DNA of 64,000 nucleotides from Acidobacteriota bacterium. Its GTDB lineage: Bacteria; Acidobacteriota; UBA890; WLXD01. The notes under the pieces are model-generated. The model was given only the letters and a program-made list of their open reading frames with translations. It was not told the DNA's origin and did not search any database. The translations under genes and the position numbers were made by a program. Shown one piece after another: positions 1 through 10,377 of the stretch. The stretch is taken from positions 416,001 through 480,000 of the forward strand of contig CAXWPH010000015.1 of the NCBI GenBank assembly GCA_963666055.2, given 5' to 3'. Within the stretch, counting starts at the first letter, position 1, and each line of letters opens with the position of its first letter.

Positions 1-1403
1 ACAGGCCCAACATCGTCTTCTACGTTATCGACGGGGCCGCGGCCGATCTGATGAGCGTCTACGGGTACAACCGCCGTACTACTCCATACCTTGAGCGCCT
101 GGCGGCCGAGGGCGCGGTCTTCGAACACGCCTATAGCAACTCCTCCTGGACGAAGCCCTCCACGGCATCGTTCATGACCTCGCTGCAGCACAGTGTGCTG
201 GGCGGCTACAAGACCCAATCCGATCCGCTCCCCGACCAGGCCATGACCATGGCCCAGCATCTTCATCGTGCCCATTACCAGACGGCTGTGTTCGTCGCCA
301 ACCCCAACGCCGGCACGCTGAGCAACCTGCAGCGGGGGGTCGATCTGCTGCGGGAGGACTGGGTCGAATTCAGCTATTTAGGTGGTGAGAACCACGCAGA
401 ATCCTCGCGATTTCTGCACGAGGCGTTCTGTAAGTGGCGGGAAGCGTACCCGGCGGAGCCCTACTGGGTGCACTTTCAGACGACCGACGTCCACCAGCCA
501 TGGAGACCGGTGGCTCCGTTCGCCGGGCTCTACGTCGGCCTGGATGTTGGCCAGCGCGTCAACGAATGGAGACAGCAGCTGGACGCGGCAAGCGGCGGAG
601 GCCAGTGGTGGACCCGATTCGACAACACCGACATCAGTCGCATTGAGTTTTACGACGGTGCTCGAGGCCTGTACGACGAGGGGATGGCACACAACGACTA
701 TCAGATCGGCCGGCTAGTAGAGCGTCTCAAGGCAGCAGGCGAGTGGGAGCGCACGCTGTTCATTGTCGTTGCCGATCACAGCCATGGGGCGGCCGGCCTT
801 CCGCAGCTTGATCCGCCAGCGCCTCCGTGGTCGGGGCCAAACTTCAGCTCCTGGATCACCCGCATCCCGATGATTGTGGTCTGGCCGGAGCGCATTGCTC
901 CCGGGCAACGCTTCAGCGAACCGGTGTCGATGATTGACATGCTGCCGACGATCCTCGATCTTGCGGGACTGCCGATGCCCGAGGTGATGCAAGGCCAATC
1001 GCTGGCGCCGTTGCTCCGGGGCGAAGAGGGCTTCCAGCCGCGGCCGGTGATCTTCGACGAATTCAACGTCGATTGGGACACGGGCGAGTTACGCGGTTCG
1101 ATCGAGCTGATCGATGGGCGATGGGGCGCGTCGTTAGAGATCAACCCGAGCCCGGAGGACGAGGAGCAGCCTGCCGAAGCGCGCCGCGCCGCCCCGCTGC
1201 TGCTCTACGACCTGTGGAACGATCCCTACTGCTTGAACAGCCTGCACGCCGAGCATCCCGACCTGGTCGAGAAGTACACCGCGTTGCTCGAGGCGCAGTG
1301 GGGAGCGCACCAGGCCCTGGCCCAGCAGTTCACTCAAGGCGGCGAGATACCGCTGACCCCGGAGCAGCTACGGGCTCTTCGGGCACTTGGCTACATCCAG
1401 TGA
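1..1403 (+). CDS. Sulfatase-like / alkaline-phosphatase-superfamily hydrolase (5' end runs off window)
   Basis: The frame is open from the window edge (RPNIVFYVIDGAAADLMSVYGY). It has sulfatase-type motifs TTPYL..LAAEG, SWTKPSTASFMT, ADH, RIPMIV, VSMIDMLPTILDLAG, GQSL and LYDL..DP, and ends LRALGYIQ. Confidence 0.85.
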   Translation, partial: RPNIVFYVIDGAAADLMSVYGYNRRTTPYLERLAAEGAVFEHAYSNSSWTKPSTASFMTSLQHSVLGGYKTQSDPLPDQAMTMAQHLHRAHYQTAVFVANPNAGTLSNLQRGVDLLREDWVEFSYLGGENHAESSRFLHEAFCKWREAYPAEPYWVHFQTTDVHQPWRPVAPFAGLYVGLDVGQRVNEWRQQLDAASGGGQWWTRFDNTDISRIEFYDGARGLYDEGMAHNDYQIGRLVERLKAAGEWERTLFIVVADHSHGAAGLPQLDPPAPPWSGPNFSSWITRIPMIVVWPERIAPGQRFSEPVSMIDMLPTILDLAGLPMPEVMQGQSLAPLLRGEEGFQPRPVIFDEFNVDWDTGELRGSIELIDGRWGASLEINPSPEDEEQPAEARRAAPLLLYDLWNDPYCLNSLHAEHPDLVEKYTALLEAQWGAHQALAQQFTQGGEIPLTPEQLRALRALGYIQ

Positions 1404-1404
1404 C

Positions 1405-1473
1405 GCCGGGAACGAACTCCTCGTCACCAACTGGTTCGACGAGCTGAAGCGGCTCGTGCCGACGGACCCGTAG
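1405..1473 (+). pseudogene. Orphan C-terminal tail of a kinase–β-propeller gene
   Basis: Translates AGNELLVTNWFDELKRLVPTDP*, matching the tails [15 protein letters not shown] (4705) and NWFEQLKRLVPTGP* (24631). Confidence 0.75.
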
Positions 1474-1505
1474 CGCGTAGTTGTACGGCGTGCTTGAGTA
1501 GGGCA

Positions 1506-1853
1506 ATGGCATTCAATGACCTGGAGCTGAAGCGATGCGAGAAGGCTGTGGGCAAGTACGTCGAGTCTCGTCGCCCGCCGCCACACATTCGCCCCCAGCT
1601 TGATCTGTCGTACCGAATACAGGGGCAGGGCGTAGAAATCTTCGAAGTTCGTCCTGCTTTCAACGACCCCAGCGTGACCATAGAGAACTGTGTGGCCAAG
1701 GCCACATACGTCAAGCGCGCCCAGGTATGGCGGGTCTACTGGAGACGTGCCGACCTCAAGTGGCATCGCTATGGGCCGAGGCCCAACGCCCGTTCAATCG
1801 AGGAATTCCTCAAGATCGTCGAAGAAGACGAATTCCGTTGCTTCTATGGATAG
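1506..1853 (+). CDS. DUF3024-family protein
   Basis: Motifs RRPPPHIRPQLDLSY, VEIFEVRP, VAKATYV..QVWRVYW.RADLKWHRY, and a terminal EDEFRCFYG. Confidence 0.8.
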   Translation: MAFNDLELKRCEKAVGKYVESRRPPPHIRPQLDLSYRIQGQGVEIFEVRPAFNDPSVTIENCVAKATYVKRAQVWRVYWRRADLKWHRYGPRPNARSIEEFLKIVEEDEFRCFYG

Positions 1854-1908
1854 GCTCAGCGGCTGGCAATAACTTCGAACGATTCGCCCACCCTGCCTCG
1901 GGAGCGCC

Positions 1909-4705
1909 ATGGAACCCGGCACCAAACTCGGCCCCTACGAGATCACCGAACAGCTCGGTGCTGGCGGCATGGGAGAGGTGTACCTGGCGCAGGACACGCG
2001 CCTGGGCCGCAAGGTGGCCATCAAGGTGCTGCCTGCCGAGTTCGCCTCTGACCCCGAGCGCCTCGCCCGCTTCGAGCAGGAAGCCCGCGCTGCCGCCGCC
2101 CTGAACCATCCACACATTGCGGTCGTTCACGATATCGGCACCGAAGGCGGCACCCACTTCATGGTGCAGGAGTACCTGGAAGGAGACACGCTACGGGAGC
2201 CGCTACAGAAAGGTGCGCTGCCGCTCAAGAAGGCACTCGGCCTGGCCACGGAGATTGCCGAGGCGCTGGCAGCGGCACATGCCGCCGGGATCATCCACCG
2301 GGATTTGAAGCCGGAGAACATCTTCGTCACCAAGGAGGGCCACGCCAAGGTGCTGGACTTCGGGTTGGCGAAGCTCACCGAGGTGGCGGGGGCAGGCTCG
2401 CCGGGCGGTGCAACGCAGTCACCGACGATGATGGGGACGGTTGCTGGTCAGGTGATGGGTACTGCCGGCTACATGGCCCCGGAGCAGGTTGAGGGCTCCG
2501 ACAAGATCGACCATCGGGCCGACCTGTTTGCCTTTGGTGCGGTGTTCTACGAGATGGTCACAGGACGGCGGGCGTTTGCGGGCGGCAACATTCACGAGAC
2601 GCTCAGCCAGATCATCAGCAAGACTCCGCAGGCGGTTCACGAGATCCGTGATGATTTGCCGTTGAAGCTCGAATGGATCATCGACAAGGCGCTGGCGAAG
2701 GACGTGAACCGTCGCTACCACACAGCGGGCGATCTCGGAGCTGACCTTCGCCAACTCCACGATGACATCGCAGCGGGTGTGGCGGTCCTGACTGGAAGCG
2801 GCGAGATGGCCATCGCTCCAAGCGCCGTGGAAACGGCTCGCGGCATCTCGTTGAAGCTGGCCGCCCCTGTGGTTGCCGCGCTCATGCTGGTGGCGGTTCT
2901 TGCCACCTGGTGGGCAATGCAGCCGGAGCCCGAGGAGCCCGGAAGCACCATCCGCGTGCAGCTCGACCCCCGCGTCGACACGATCATGAGTAGGAACGGC
3001 TCCGCAGTCGTGCTATCGCCCGATGGACGGCACGTTGCCTACGTCGAGGGTGACCCGAACGATGGAAGCGCGCTGTACCTTCGCGCTCTGGACCAGGAGG
3101 ACTCGACGACACTCGCGTCGTCGGCAACCATCGAGGGTTCGCCGTACCATCCATTCTTCTCGCCCGACGGGCAGTGGGTAGGGTTCGTCACCCCAAGGGA
3201 GCTGAAAAAGGTGTCCATAACCGGAGGCACCCCGCAGTCGATCGCGCCGGTGAACGCGAGTCGAGGTGCGGATTGGGGACCCGACGATACGATCGTCTTC
3301 ACACCAAACCGCACCAGCGGCCTGTTTGTCGTGTCGGCTGTCGAGGGTGAGCCAGGAACGCTCACCGAGCTTTCCGAAGGCGAGCGCAGCCACCGCTGGC
3401 CCCAGTTCTTACCCGGCGACAAGGCCGTGCTATTCACTTCGGCCGGGACCGGAGGCTTCGACGGGGCCAACCTCGAGGTCGTAGATCTCGAGGTTGGCGA
3501 GCGCCAGGTCGTGCACCAGGGCGGCACCTACGGCCGATACGTGCCGACGGGCCATCTGGTGTATTCAGACGCTGGAGCGTTGTTCGCGGTGCCCTTCGAC
3601 CTCGATACCCTGGAGACGACCGGCCCGCCGATACCCGTCGTCGAGAACCTCGCCGCCAACGCTCAAGGCGGGGTCTCGTTCGACTTCTCCGAGACCGGGA
3701 TGCTCATCTATCACATCAGAAGTGGCAGCGCTTTGAGCGCTTTCCAACTCGCCTGGGTGGAACGTGACGGCCAAATCGAGCCGCTGCCCTTCGAGCCGCG
3801 TAGGTCTCAGTACTTAGACCTCTCGCCGGATGACCAGCGCATCGCGCTCCAAATCCGGGGAGATGATGGGGACTGGGACATCTGGATCTACGAGATCGAA
3901 CGAGGGGGCAGCCAGGTGCTGCTGACCACGGAGGGTAACAACCAATTGCCCGTTTGGTCGCCCGATGGAGAGTGGGTCTTCTTTAGGTCGGATCGGGGTG
4001 GCAACAACGACATCTGGAAGCGCCGGGCTGACCGGAGTCTCGACGCCGAGCTGGTGTTGGATGCAGAGGCTCCCGTGGCCCCAGTATCGATCTCGGACGA
4101 CGGTGAGATGCTGCTTTTTATCACCGGGCTTCGGGGGCAGTACGACGTGGGGATACTGGCTCTCGATACAGGTGATACGGAAATGCTCGTCGATACCGCC
4201 GTCACTGAGACTTGGCCCACTTTCTCGCCGGACGGTCGCTTCTTCGCCTTCACTTCGACCGAGACCGGGCAATACGAGGTGTACGTGCGGGAGGTATCGA
4301 GCGGTCGGACATTTCCGGTCTCGATTGCGTCGGTTCGGTGCAGTGCCCACTGTCGCGCGCCATTTCGACGATAGACAAGACGGCCTACGAGTACCCCGTG
4401 GTGGTTTTTTCCCTCGCTGGTCGCAGCATGGAAGGGAGATTTACTACCGATCCCGCGTAGGTCCAGGCATCCTCGTTGCGGAAGTGGATGTGGAGTCGTT
4501 TTCCGCATCCGACCCTGTCGAAGTCTCGGACATCGACATAAGTCGCACTGGCAACTTCGATGTCACCGCCGATGGCGACAAGTTCCTGGTGACGGTGCCC
4601 GCTGGTAGTGATGAGACTGAGGCAACGGCACCCAACACACGACTCAACGTGGTCCTAAATTGGTTCGAGGAGTTGAAGCAGCGCGTGCCGACGGGCGGCT
4701 CCTGA
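1909..4705 (+). pseudogene. Hanks-type Ser/Thr kinase + TM + TolB/PD40-like β-propellers, interrupted near 4318-4397
   Basis: Kinase motifs [23 protein letters not shown] and GTAGYMAPE, a TM helix, and repeated (W/F)SPDG blades. The ORF stops at 4374, but the family tail (PRWSQ.GREIYY…[11 protein letters not shown]) continues in another frame to 4705. Confidence 0.85.
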
Positions 4706-4860
4706 TGATCGGCAAGACGCTCGGCCACTACGAGATCCTCGCCCCGCTCGGTGAAGGCGGGATGGGGCAGGTGTACCGAGCACGCGACACGACGCTGGAT
4801 CGTGATGTTGCGATCAAGGTGCTGCCGGAAGACTTCGCCAGCGACGCCAACCGGCTGGCA
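4705..4860 (+). pseudogene. N-terminal fragment of another Ser/Thr kinase
   Basis: The ATG overlaps the previous stop (TGATG). Translates [41 protein letters not shown]…RLA, then breaks. Confidence 0.85.
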
Positions 4861-4967
4861 CCACCGGTGCGCCGATGACCTACATGTATGAGGGGAGACA
4901 GTTCATCGTCGTCGCGGTCGGCGGCGTCCACCACGCAGCCGAGTTCGTCGCACTCGCATTGCTGTGA
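4851..4967 (+). pseudogene. C-terminal fragment of a PQQ-dependent dehydrogenase
   Basis: Translates [38 protein letters not shown], homologous to the C-terminus of the PQQ dehydrogenase at 62785 (GTTAGPMTYMLDGRQYIVVSVG…EYVAVALP). Confidence 0.8.
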
Positions 4968-5067
4968 GCGCCGGTGCGTATACGCAGCCAGCCCGGCCGT
5001 GTTGGCTCAGCAGGAGCGCGACGACCAAGAGCACCGTCGCCGGCATGAATCCCTGACGCGGTCGCCG

Positions 5068-5991
5068 CTACACTCCACTACAGGGTTTGAGGGTGACCCA
5101 GATGAGCTCGATCGGCTCGTCGCCGTTGTTGCCCGAGTCGTGCTGCTCCGACAGCTCGACGGCCTCCATCCAGCCGACAGAACCGTCGGGCGAAGGCCGG
5201 GTGCCGACTCTCTCGCTGCCATCGCGACGCCCGGACCACACACCACCCTTGACGTGAACGTAGACCTGCTCGCCCGGGTGGGAGTGCACCCCCTCCCACT
5301 GCCCCGGCTCGACGACGAACTTCTGCACCACGACGTAATCGTTCTCCAGCAGCAGTTCGCCCGGAATGTTCGGATAAAACGTGCCGGTGTGATGGTTCGC
5401 CACTAACGTGCAAGGTTTGAGGGTGATCCAGACCAACTCGATTGGGGTGTCTCCGGTGTTGCCGGAATTGTGCTCCTCCGACAGATCGATGGCATCCATC
5501 CAGCCGACGGAGCCGGCGGGCGAAGGCTGGGTGCCGATTCTCTCGCGGCCGCCACGACGCCCGGACCACACACCGCCCTTGATGGTCACCCAGAGCTGGT
5601 TGCCTGGGTGTGGATGGACCCCCTCCCACTGCCCCGGCTCGACGACGAACTTCTGCACCACGACGCGATCGTTCTCCAGCAGCAGCTCGCCCGGAATATC
5701 CGGATAAAAGGTACCGATCTCCTGGCCAGCAAAGAGCAATCCGGGGAGCGCCAGGATGACGGCGGCCAGCATCATACGGATCGGGTTTCGGGTCGCTGCA
5801 CTCGCGGGTGCTCGGCCCGGAACGCGGCATCGGTTGCCGCTCGTGAGGTCCATGGACGGCATCAGCTGACTCCTGGTCGAAGGACACTTGGGTCGCAGAT
5901 CGGGACACGACTCTATCAACATAAGGCCGCCAGTGGTCAAGAGCACAGTCCGTCCTAGCGCGGAATGATTACTGCGGTTGGATCGCATCAA
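5068..5991 (-). CDS. Secreted tandem-duplicated cupin protein (true start probably downstream, ~5776-5853)
   Basis: A signal-peptide-like stretch (MMLAAVILALPGLLFA) is followed by two near-identical cupin units (LLEND.VVVQKF..EPGQWEGVH.HPG…GSVGW…HxSGNxGDxPIEL.W.TLKPC). Confidence 0.75.
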   Translation of the reverse strand: MMRSNRSNHSALGRTVLLTTGGLMLIESCPDLRPKCPSTRSQLMPSMDLTSGNRCRVPGRAPASAATRNPIRMMLAAVILALPGLLFAGQEIGTFYPDIPGELLLENDRVVVQKFVVEPGQWEGVHPHPGNQLWVTIKGGVWSGRRGGRERIGTQPSPAGSVGWMDAIDLSEEHNSGNTGDTPIELVWITLKPCTLVANHHTGTFYPNIPGELLLENDYVVVQKFVVEPGQWEGVHSHPGEQVYVHVKGGVWSGRRDGSERVGTRPSPDGSVGWMEAVELSEQHDSGNNGDEPIELIWVTLKPCSGV

Positions 5992-6005
5992 GATCCGCCG
6001 GCTGC

Positions 6006-6054
6006 TCCCGTGGACCCTCCCCCGCCCTGACGATAGGCTTCATGCGCTCACCCA
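6006..6054 (+). promoter_or_regulatory. Conserved kinase upstream element / putative promoter
   Basis: TCCCGTGGACCCTC…CGATAGGCTTCATGCGCTCACCC recurs upstream of the kinase at 21914 (TCCCTTGGATCCTC…CGATAGGCTTCAGGCGCTGACCC). TAGGCT fits a TAnnnT -10 box. Confidence 0.5.
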
Positions 6055-6072
6055 CCCTTCTGCGGTAGCGCC

Positions 6073-8514
6073 ATGGAACCCGGCACCAAACTAGGCCCCT
6101 ACGAGATCACCGAGCAGCTCGGCGCTGGCGGCATGGGAGAAGTGTGGCTGGCGCAGGACACGCGCCTGGGTCGCAAGGTGGCCATCAAGGTGCTGCCTGC
6201 CGAGTTTGCCTCCGACCCCGAGCGCCTGGCCCGCTTCGAGCAGGAGGCTCGTGCTGCCGCTGCGCTGAACCACCCGCACATCGCCTCGGTCTTCGATGTG
6301 GGTATGGAAGACGGCACCCACTTCATGGTGCAGGAGTACCTGGAGGGCGACACGCTTCGGGAGCCGCTACAGAAAGGTGCACTGCCGCTCAAGAAGGCAC
6401 TCGGGTTGGCCACCGAGATCGCCGAGGCGCTGGCTGCTGCACACGCTGCCGGGATCATCCACCGTGATCTGAAGCCGGAGAACATCTTCGTCACCAAGGA
6501 GGGCCACGCCAAGGTGCTGGACTTCGGCCTGGCGAAGCTCACCGAGGTGGCGGGGGCAGGATCACCGGGCGGTGCAACGCAGTCACCCACGATGATGGGG
6601 ACGGTAGCCGGTCAGGTGATGGGTACTGCCGGCTACATGGCCCCGGAACAGGTCGAGGGCTCCGAGGAGATCGACCATAGGGCCGATCTGTTCGCTTTCG
6701 GCTGCGTGCTCTACGAGATGGTGGGCGGCAGGCGGTCCTTTGCCGGCACCAACGTGCACGAGACCCTGGGGCGCATCGTCGACAAGGATCCTGAGCCGCT
6801 GGCGGCGATCGATGCGCGCTTGCCCGTCGAAGTGCAGCGGATCGCCAAGAAGTGCCTGGCCAAAGAACCGGGACGGCGTTACCAGGGGGCAGCTGAGCTG
6901 GTCATCGACTTGCGGGTACTCGAAGCCGATGTCGAGTCGGGCACGGCCATGCCGCTGGGTGGCCAGCCGGTTGTCGCTCCAGCCGTCGTGGAAACGGCTC
7001 GCACTAGCCCATGGAAGTTGGCCGTTCCGCTGGCCGTGGCCAGCGCACTTCTGGCAGCTTTGGGAGTCTGGTTCACGATCCCGTCGCCGCCAGAGTCCGT
7101 CATCACGCGCTTCTACATCGACTATCCACCAGAGACTACTTTCCTGAGCGCTGCCACCCTCGGCGTTGCGATCTCACCCGATGGCAAGTCGGTGGTATTC
7201 AACGCCAACCGGCAGCTTTGGCTCCGAGCGATTGACGATCCTGTAGCCACACCCATCCGTGGCACGGAGCAAGCTAGAGTGCCGTTCTTTTCCCCCGATG
7301 GCCGACAGCTCGGCTTTTGGGGAGGCGACGGCCAGATCAAGAGCGTTTCGATCACCGGTGGTGCTCCGGTGTCGCTGGGGCCAGCGCCTGTGCGAGCCTA
7401 CGGAGCGAGCTGGGCAGATGACGGCTACATCTACTTCGGGCAGGGTGCCGGAGGGATCTTGCGGGTCTCGGACAACGGCGGTGAACCACAGGTAGTCGTT
7501 CAGATGGAAGAGGGCGAGCAAGCCTACGGCCCCCAACTTCTTCCTGGTGGCGAGTGGTTGCTGTTTACGCTGCGGAGCGGGTCCAGCTCGTGGAACGCTG
7601 CGAGCATTGTTGCGCAGCCGGTGTCCGGCGGCGAGCGCAAGCTGCTGGTAACCGGAGGGACCGATGGTCGCTACGTGCCCACCGGCCACATCGTCTACTC
7701 CCTCGAAGGCAACCTTTTCGCGGTGCCCTTCGATGCCAACAGCATGGAGGTTACCGGAGGATCGGTGTCCGTCGTCGAGGAAGTCCAACAAGCAGCCTCC
7801 TACACGGGAGCAGGCCAGTACGCGTTTTCGGATCGCGGTGACTTCGTGTACATGCCGGGAGGTGGTGCTACGAGCGCTTTCCAACTCGCTTGGGCGGATC
7901 GTAACGGCCAGGTCGAGCCGCTGTCCTTCGAGCCGCGTTCGTTTCTCAACTTGGACCTCTCGCCGGATGACCAGCGGATCGCGGTCGAAATCCAGGGAGA
8001 TGATGGGAAGTACGACATCTGGATCTACGAGATCGAACGAGGGGGCAGCCAGGTGCGGCTGACCACGGAGGGCAACAACGAAGCTCCCGTTTGGTCGCCC
8101 GATGGAGAGTGGGTTTTCTTCGTGTCGCATCGGAGTGGCAACTACGACATCTGGAAGCGGCGAGCTGACCGGAGTCTCGACGCCGAGCCAGTGTTGCATA
8201 TGGAGGCTCCCGTGTGGCCTATGTCGATCTCGGCGGACGGTGCGATGCTGTTGTTTAAAAGCGGGGACATCCCGAATAACGACGTGGGGTTACTGGCCCT
8301 CGATACAGATCAGGAGCCGGAAATGCTCGTCGCTACCGCCGCCAGTGAGGGATGGGGCAGTTTCTCGCCGGACGGTCGCTTCTTCGCCTTTTCGTCAAAC
8401 GAGACCGGGCAATACGAGGTGAACGTGCGGGAGGTATCGAGCGGTAGGACATTTCCGAGTACTGTCAAGTTAACTCGAAATCGATCGCTACTGTCAATAC
8501 AGCGACCAGGGTGA
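6073..8514 (+). pseudogene. Ser/Thr kinase + TM + β-propellers, C-terminally truncated at ~8460
   Basis: The kinase domain is near-identical to the 1909 copy. Homology ends at SSGRTFP and the NWFxELK tail is missing. Confidence 0.85.
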
Positions 8515-8815
8515 ACATGGGCTGGCGTCCCAGACCTCTGACGGCGAAGCGAAAGTCCTGCAGTCTGGCTTCCAGCGGTGTCCTGCCTCGGGCGGGGAGT
8601 TGCCGAGCCTGGTCGAGTCGCTCGCGCGGCACAACGAAAAGCAGATCCGCCAAAGCCCGCGCCCAAGCGCGCATCAGTGGAAGGGACTGCCCGGCCGCAC
8701 GATGCTCCGCGACCATGGCATCGAAGGCCGCGGCCATGTCGTCGCCGTATTCCTCGCGCAGACCCCGGGAGCAAATGCGCACCAGGGCACGATAGACACG
8801 ACCGGAACGGGTCAT
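8465..8815 (-). pseudogene. N-terminal fragment of an ADOP/MacB-FtsX-type ABC permease
   Basis: Y..L.R…REEYGDDM…QDFRFAVRGLGRQPMFTLVAVLTVAI is the typical ADOP start. The frame stops a few codons later. Confidence 0.75.
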
Positions 8816-8830
8816 CGATCTCCACCAGAG

Positions 8831-8864
8831 TATCCGACGGTGAATATAACCATCAATGAATATA
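8831..8864. promoter_or_regulatory. Tandem imperfect palindromes, putative PadR-like operator upstream of the permease stub
   Basis: TATCC-N6-GAATA(TA) at 8831 and TAACC-N6-GAATA(TA) at 8847, in an AT-rich patch just upstream of the minus-strand start. Confidence 0.4.
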
Positions 8865-8973
8865 TACTGCCGCCGCCGACAATGGAGGTTCCGTCCAAAG
8901 ACTGGATCTCTTTCTCTGTGCCGCAGACGCAAGATCGGGCGTCAATTCACCACTGCGGAGTGTCTCCGGGCGG

Positions 8974-10344
8974 TCACGGGCGCCCGACGACCAGGATCTT
9001 CAGATCGTTCACATTGGTGCCGGTATCCCCTGTCACCACCGCGGCTGACAGCCGTCGCAAGGCGGCGCCGGCGTCGTGGGCACGAAGATACTCGGGGAGA
9101 TCGAGCCCCATCCGGCGCGCCTCGCCGGCCACCGATCCATCGACCAGTCCACCGGCCAGGTCCGTCGGCCCGTCCGTTCCGTCGCTGTCGATGCCCACGA
9201 CGGCCACATCGCTCAAGCCGCCGATCCCGATGGCAGCGCTCAGCGCGAATTCCTGGTTGGGCCCGCCTTCGCCTGCCGGGCCGTCGATGCGGACAGTGGT
9301 CTCGCCGCCGCCGATGACAACGCATGGTGGGCGCGCAGGCCGACCGTTGTGGCAGATCTCCTTGGCGATGGCGGCGAACCTGTGGCCGATTTCAGCACTC
9401 TCGCCCTCGAGCGTGGTCGATAGGATGATCGTCTCGTAACCCAGGGTCTCGGCCCGCTGGGCCGCGCCAACGCAGGCGCGGTCGCCCGGCACCACCACGA
9501 GGCTCTGCGTCGGTCGATCCGCGAAGTCCTCTGGCTTTGGTGTTTCCTGATCCACGCCGGCGTTGCGCAGGTAGGCCGCCACAGAGGCCGGCACCCGTGA
9601 CCAGAGCCCGTAGCTGTCCAGCGTTGCCCTCGCGTCCGCCAACGTCGACGTGTCCGGTACGGTGGGATCGGTGATGCAGTCGAGAGCGTCTCCAATAACG
9701 TCGGAGACGGTGAGATTGATTAGCGGTGCTTGCGCCGGCATGCGCAGCGCTAGACGGCCTCCCTTTACGCGGCTGATGTGCTTTCGAACCGCGTTTATCT
9801 CGGTAATCTTGGCACCGCAGGTGAGCAGGGCATGGCTCGTTTCCTGCTTGTCATGCAGGGAAATCCCGCCCGCCGGATCGACGAACAGCGACGAGCTCCC
9901 ACCGGTGAAGCAGGCGATGACGAGGTCTTGGGGTTTGACGCGGTCGAGCAAGGCTTTCGTCTGTAGTGCTCCTAGCCGTGAGGCCTCGTCGGGCACCGGA
10001 TGGGCGGCAAAATGCTGTGGGATATGTTGCAGCTGTGCTTCCGCGCCGTGCTTGCCGACTACCAGACCGCCGCTGATTCTGTTCTCTAGCAGCTCTTCCA
10101 GGGCGCGGGCGATCGGCAAGCTGGCCTTGCCAGCTCCCACAACGAAGATTCGCCGGTCGGAGGCGATTTCGTAGCTCCGCTCGGCCACGGCCAGGTTGCG
10201 GCCATCGAATGAGATCAGCGCCTTGGTCGCTTCATACGGGTCCGCGGCGGCCAGGCCGTGACTAGCGATATCCAGGGCGACTCGCCGCAAATCGGCGATA
10301 CCGTGGCCTATCAGCTCTTCGGCGTTGCGAAAACCCGACCACAC
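8974..10344 (-). CDS. Glycerate 2-kinase (GckA/TtuD, MOFRL family)
   Basis: Motifs VVGAGKA, AAHPVPD, GGSSSL, INAVRKHISRVKGGRL, SDVIGD, GGETTV, GGPNQE, DSDGTDG and TGTNVND. Confidence 0.9.
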   Translation of the reverse strand: MWSGFRNAEELIGHGIADLRRVALDIASHGLAAADPYEATKALISFDGRNLAVAERSYEIASDRRIFVVGAGKASLPIARALEELLENRISGGLVVGKHGAEAQLQHIPQHFAAHPVPDEASRLGALQTKALLDRVKPQDLVIACFTGGSSSLFVDPAGGISLHDKQETSHALLTCGAKITEINAVRKHISRVKGGRLALRMPAQAPLINLTVSDVIGDALDCITDPTVPDTSTLADARATLDSYGLWSRVPASVAAYLRNAGVDQETPKPEDFADRPTQSLVVVPGDRACVGAAQRAETLGYETIILSTTLEGESAEIGHRFAAIAKEICHNGRPARPPCVVIGGGETTVRIDGPAGEGGPNQEFALSAAIGIGGLSDVAVVGIDSDGTDGPTDLAGGLVDGSVAGEARRMGLDLPEYLRAHDAGAALRRLSAAVVTGDTGTNVNDLKILVVGRP

Positions 10345-10377
10345 GGACAGCCTCCCCCGGGGCGATCGCGCCGCCGC

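Noticed and set aside
3735-8457. Diversity-generating retroelement (TR/VR) explaining the kinase paralogue differences
   Set aside because: The differences are not restricted to adenines, both copies are coding, and there is no reverse transcriptase in the window.
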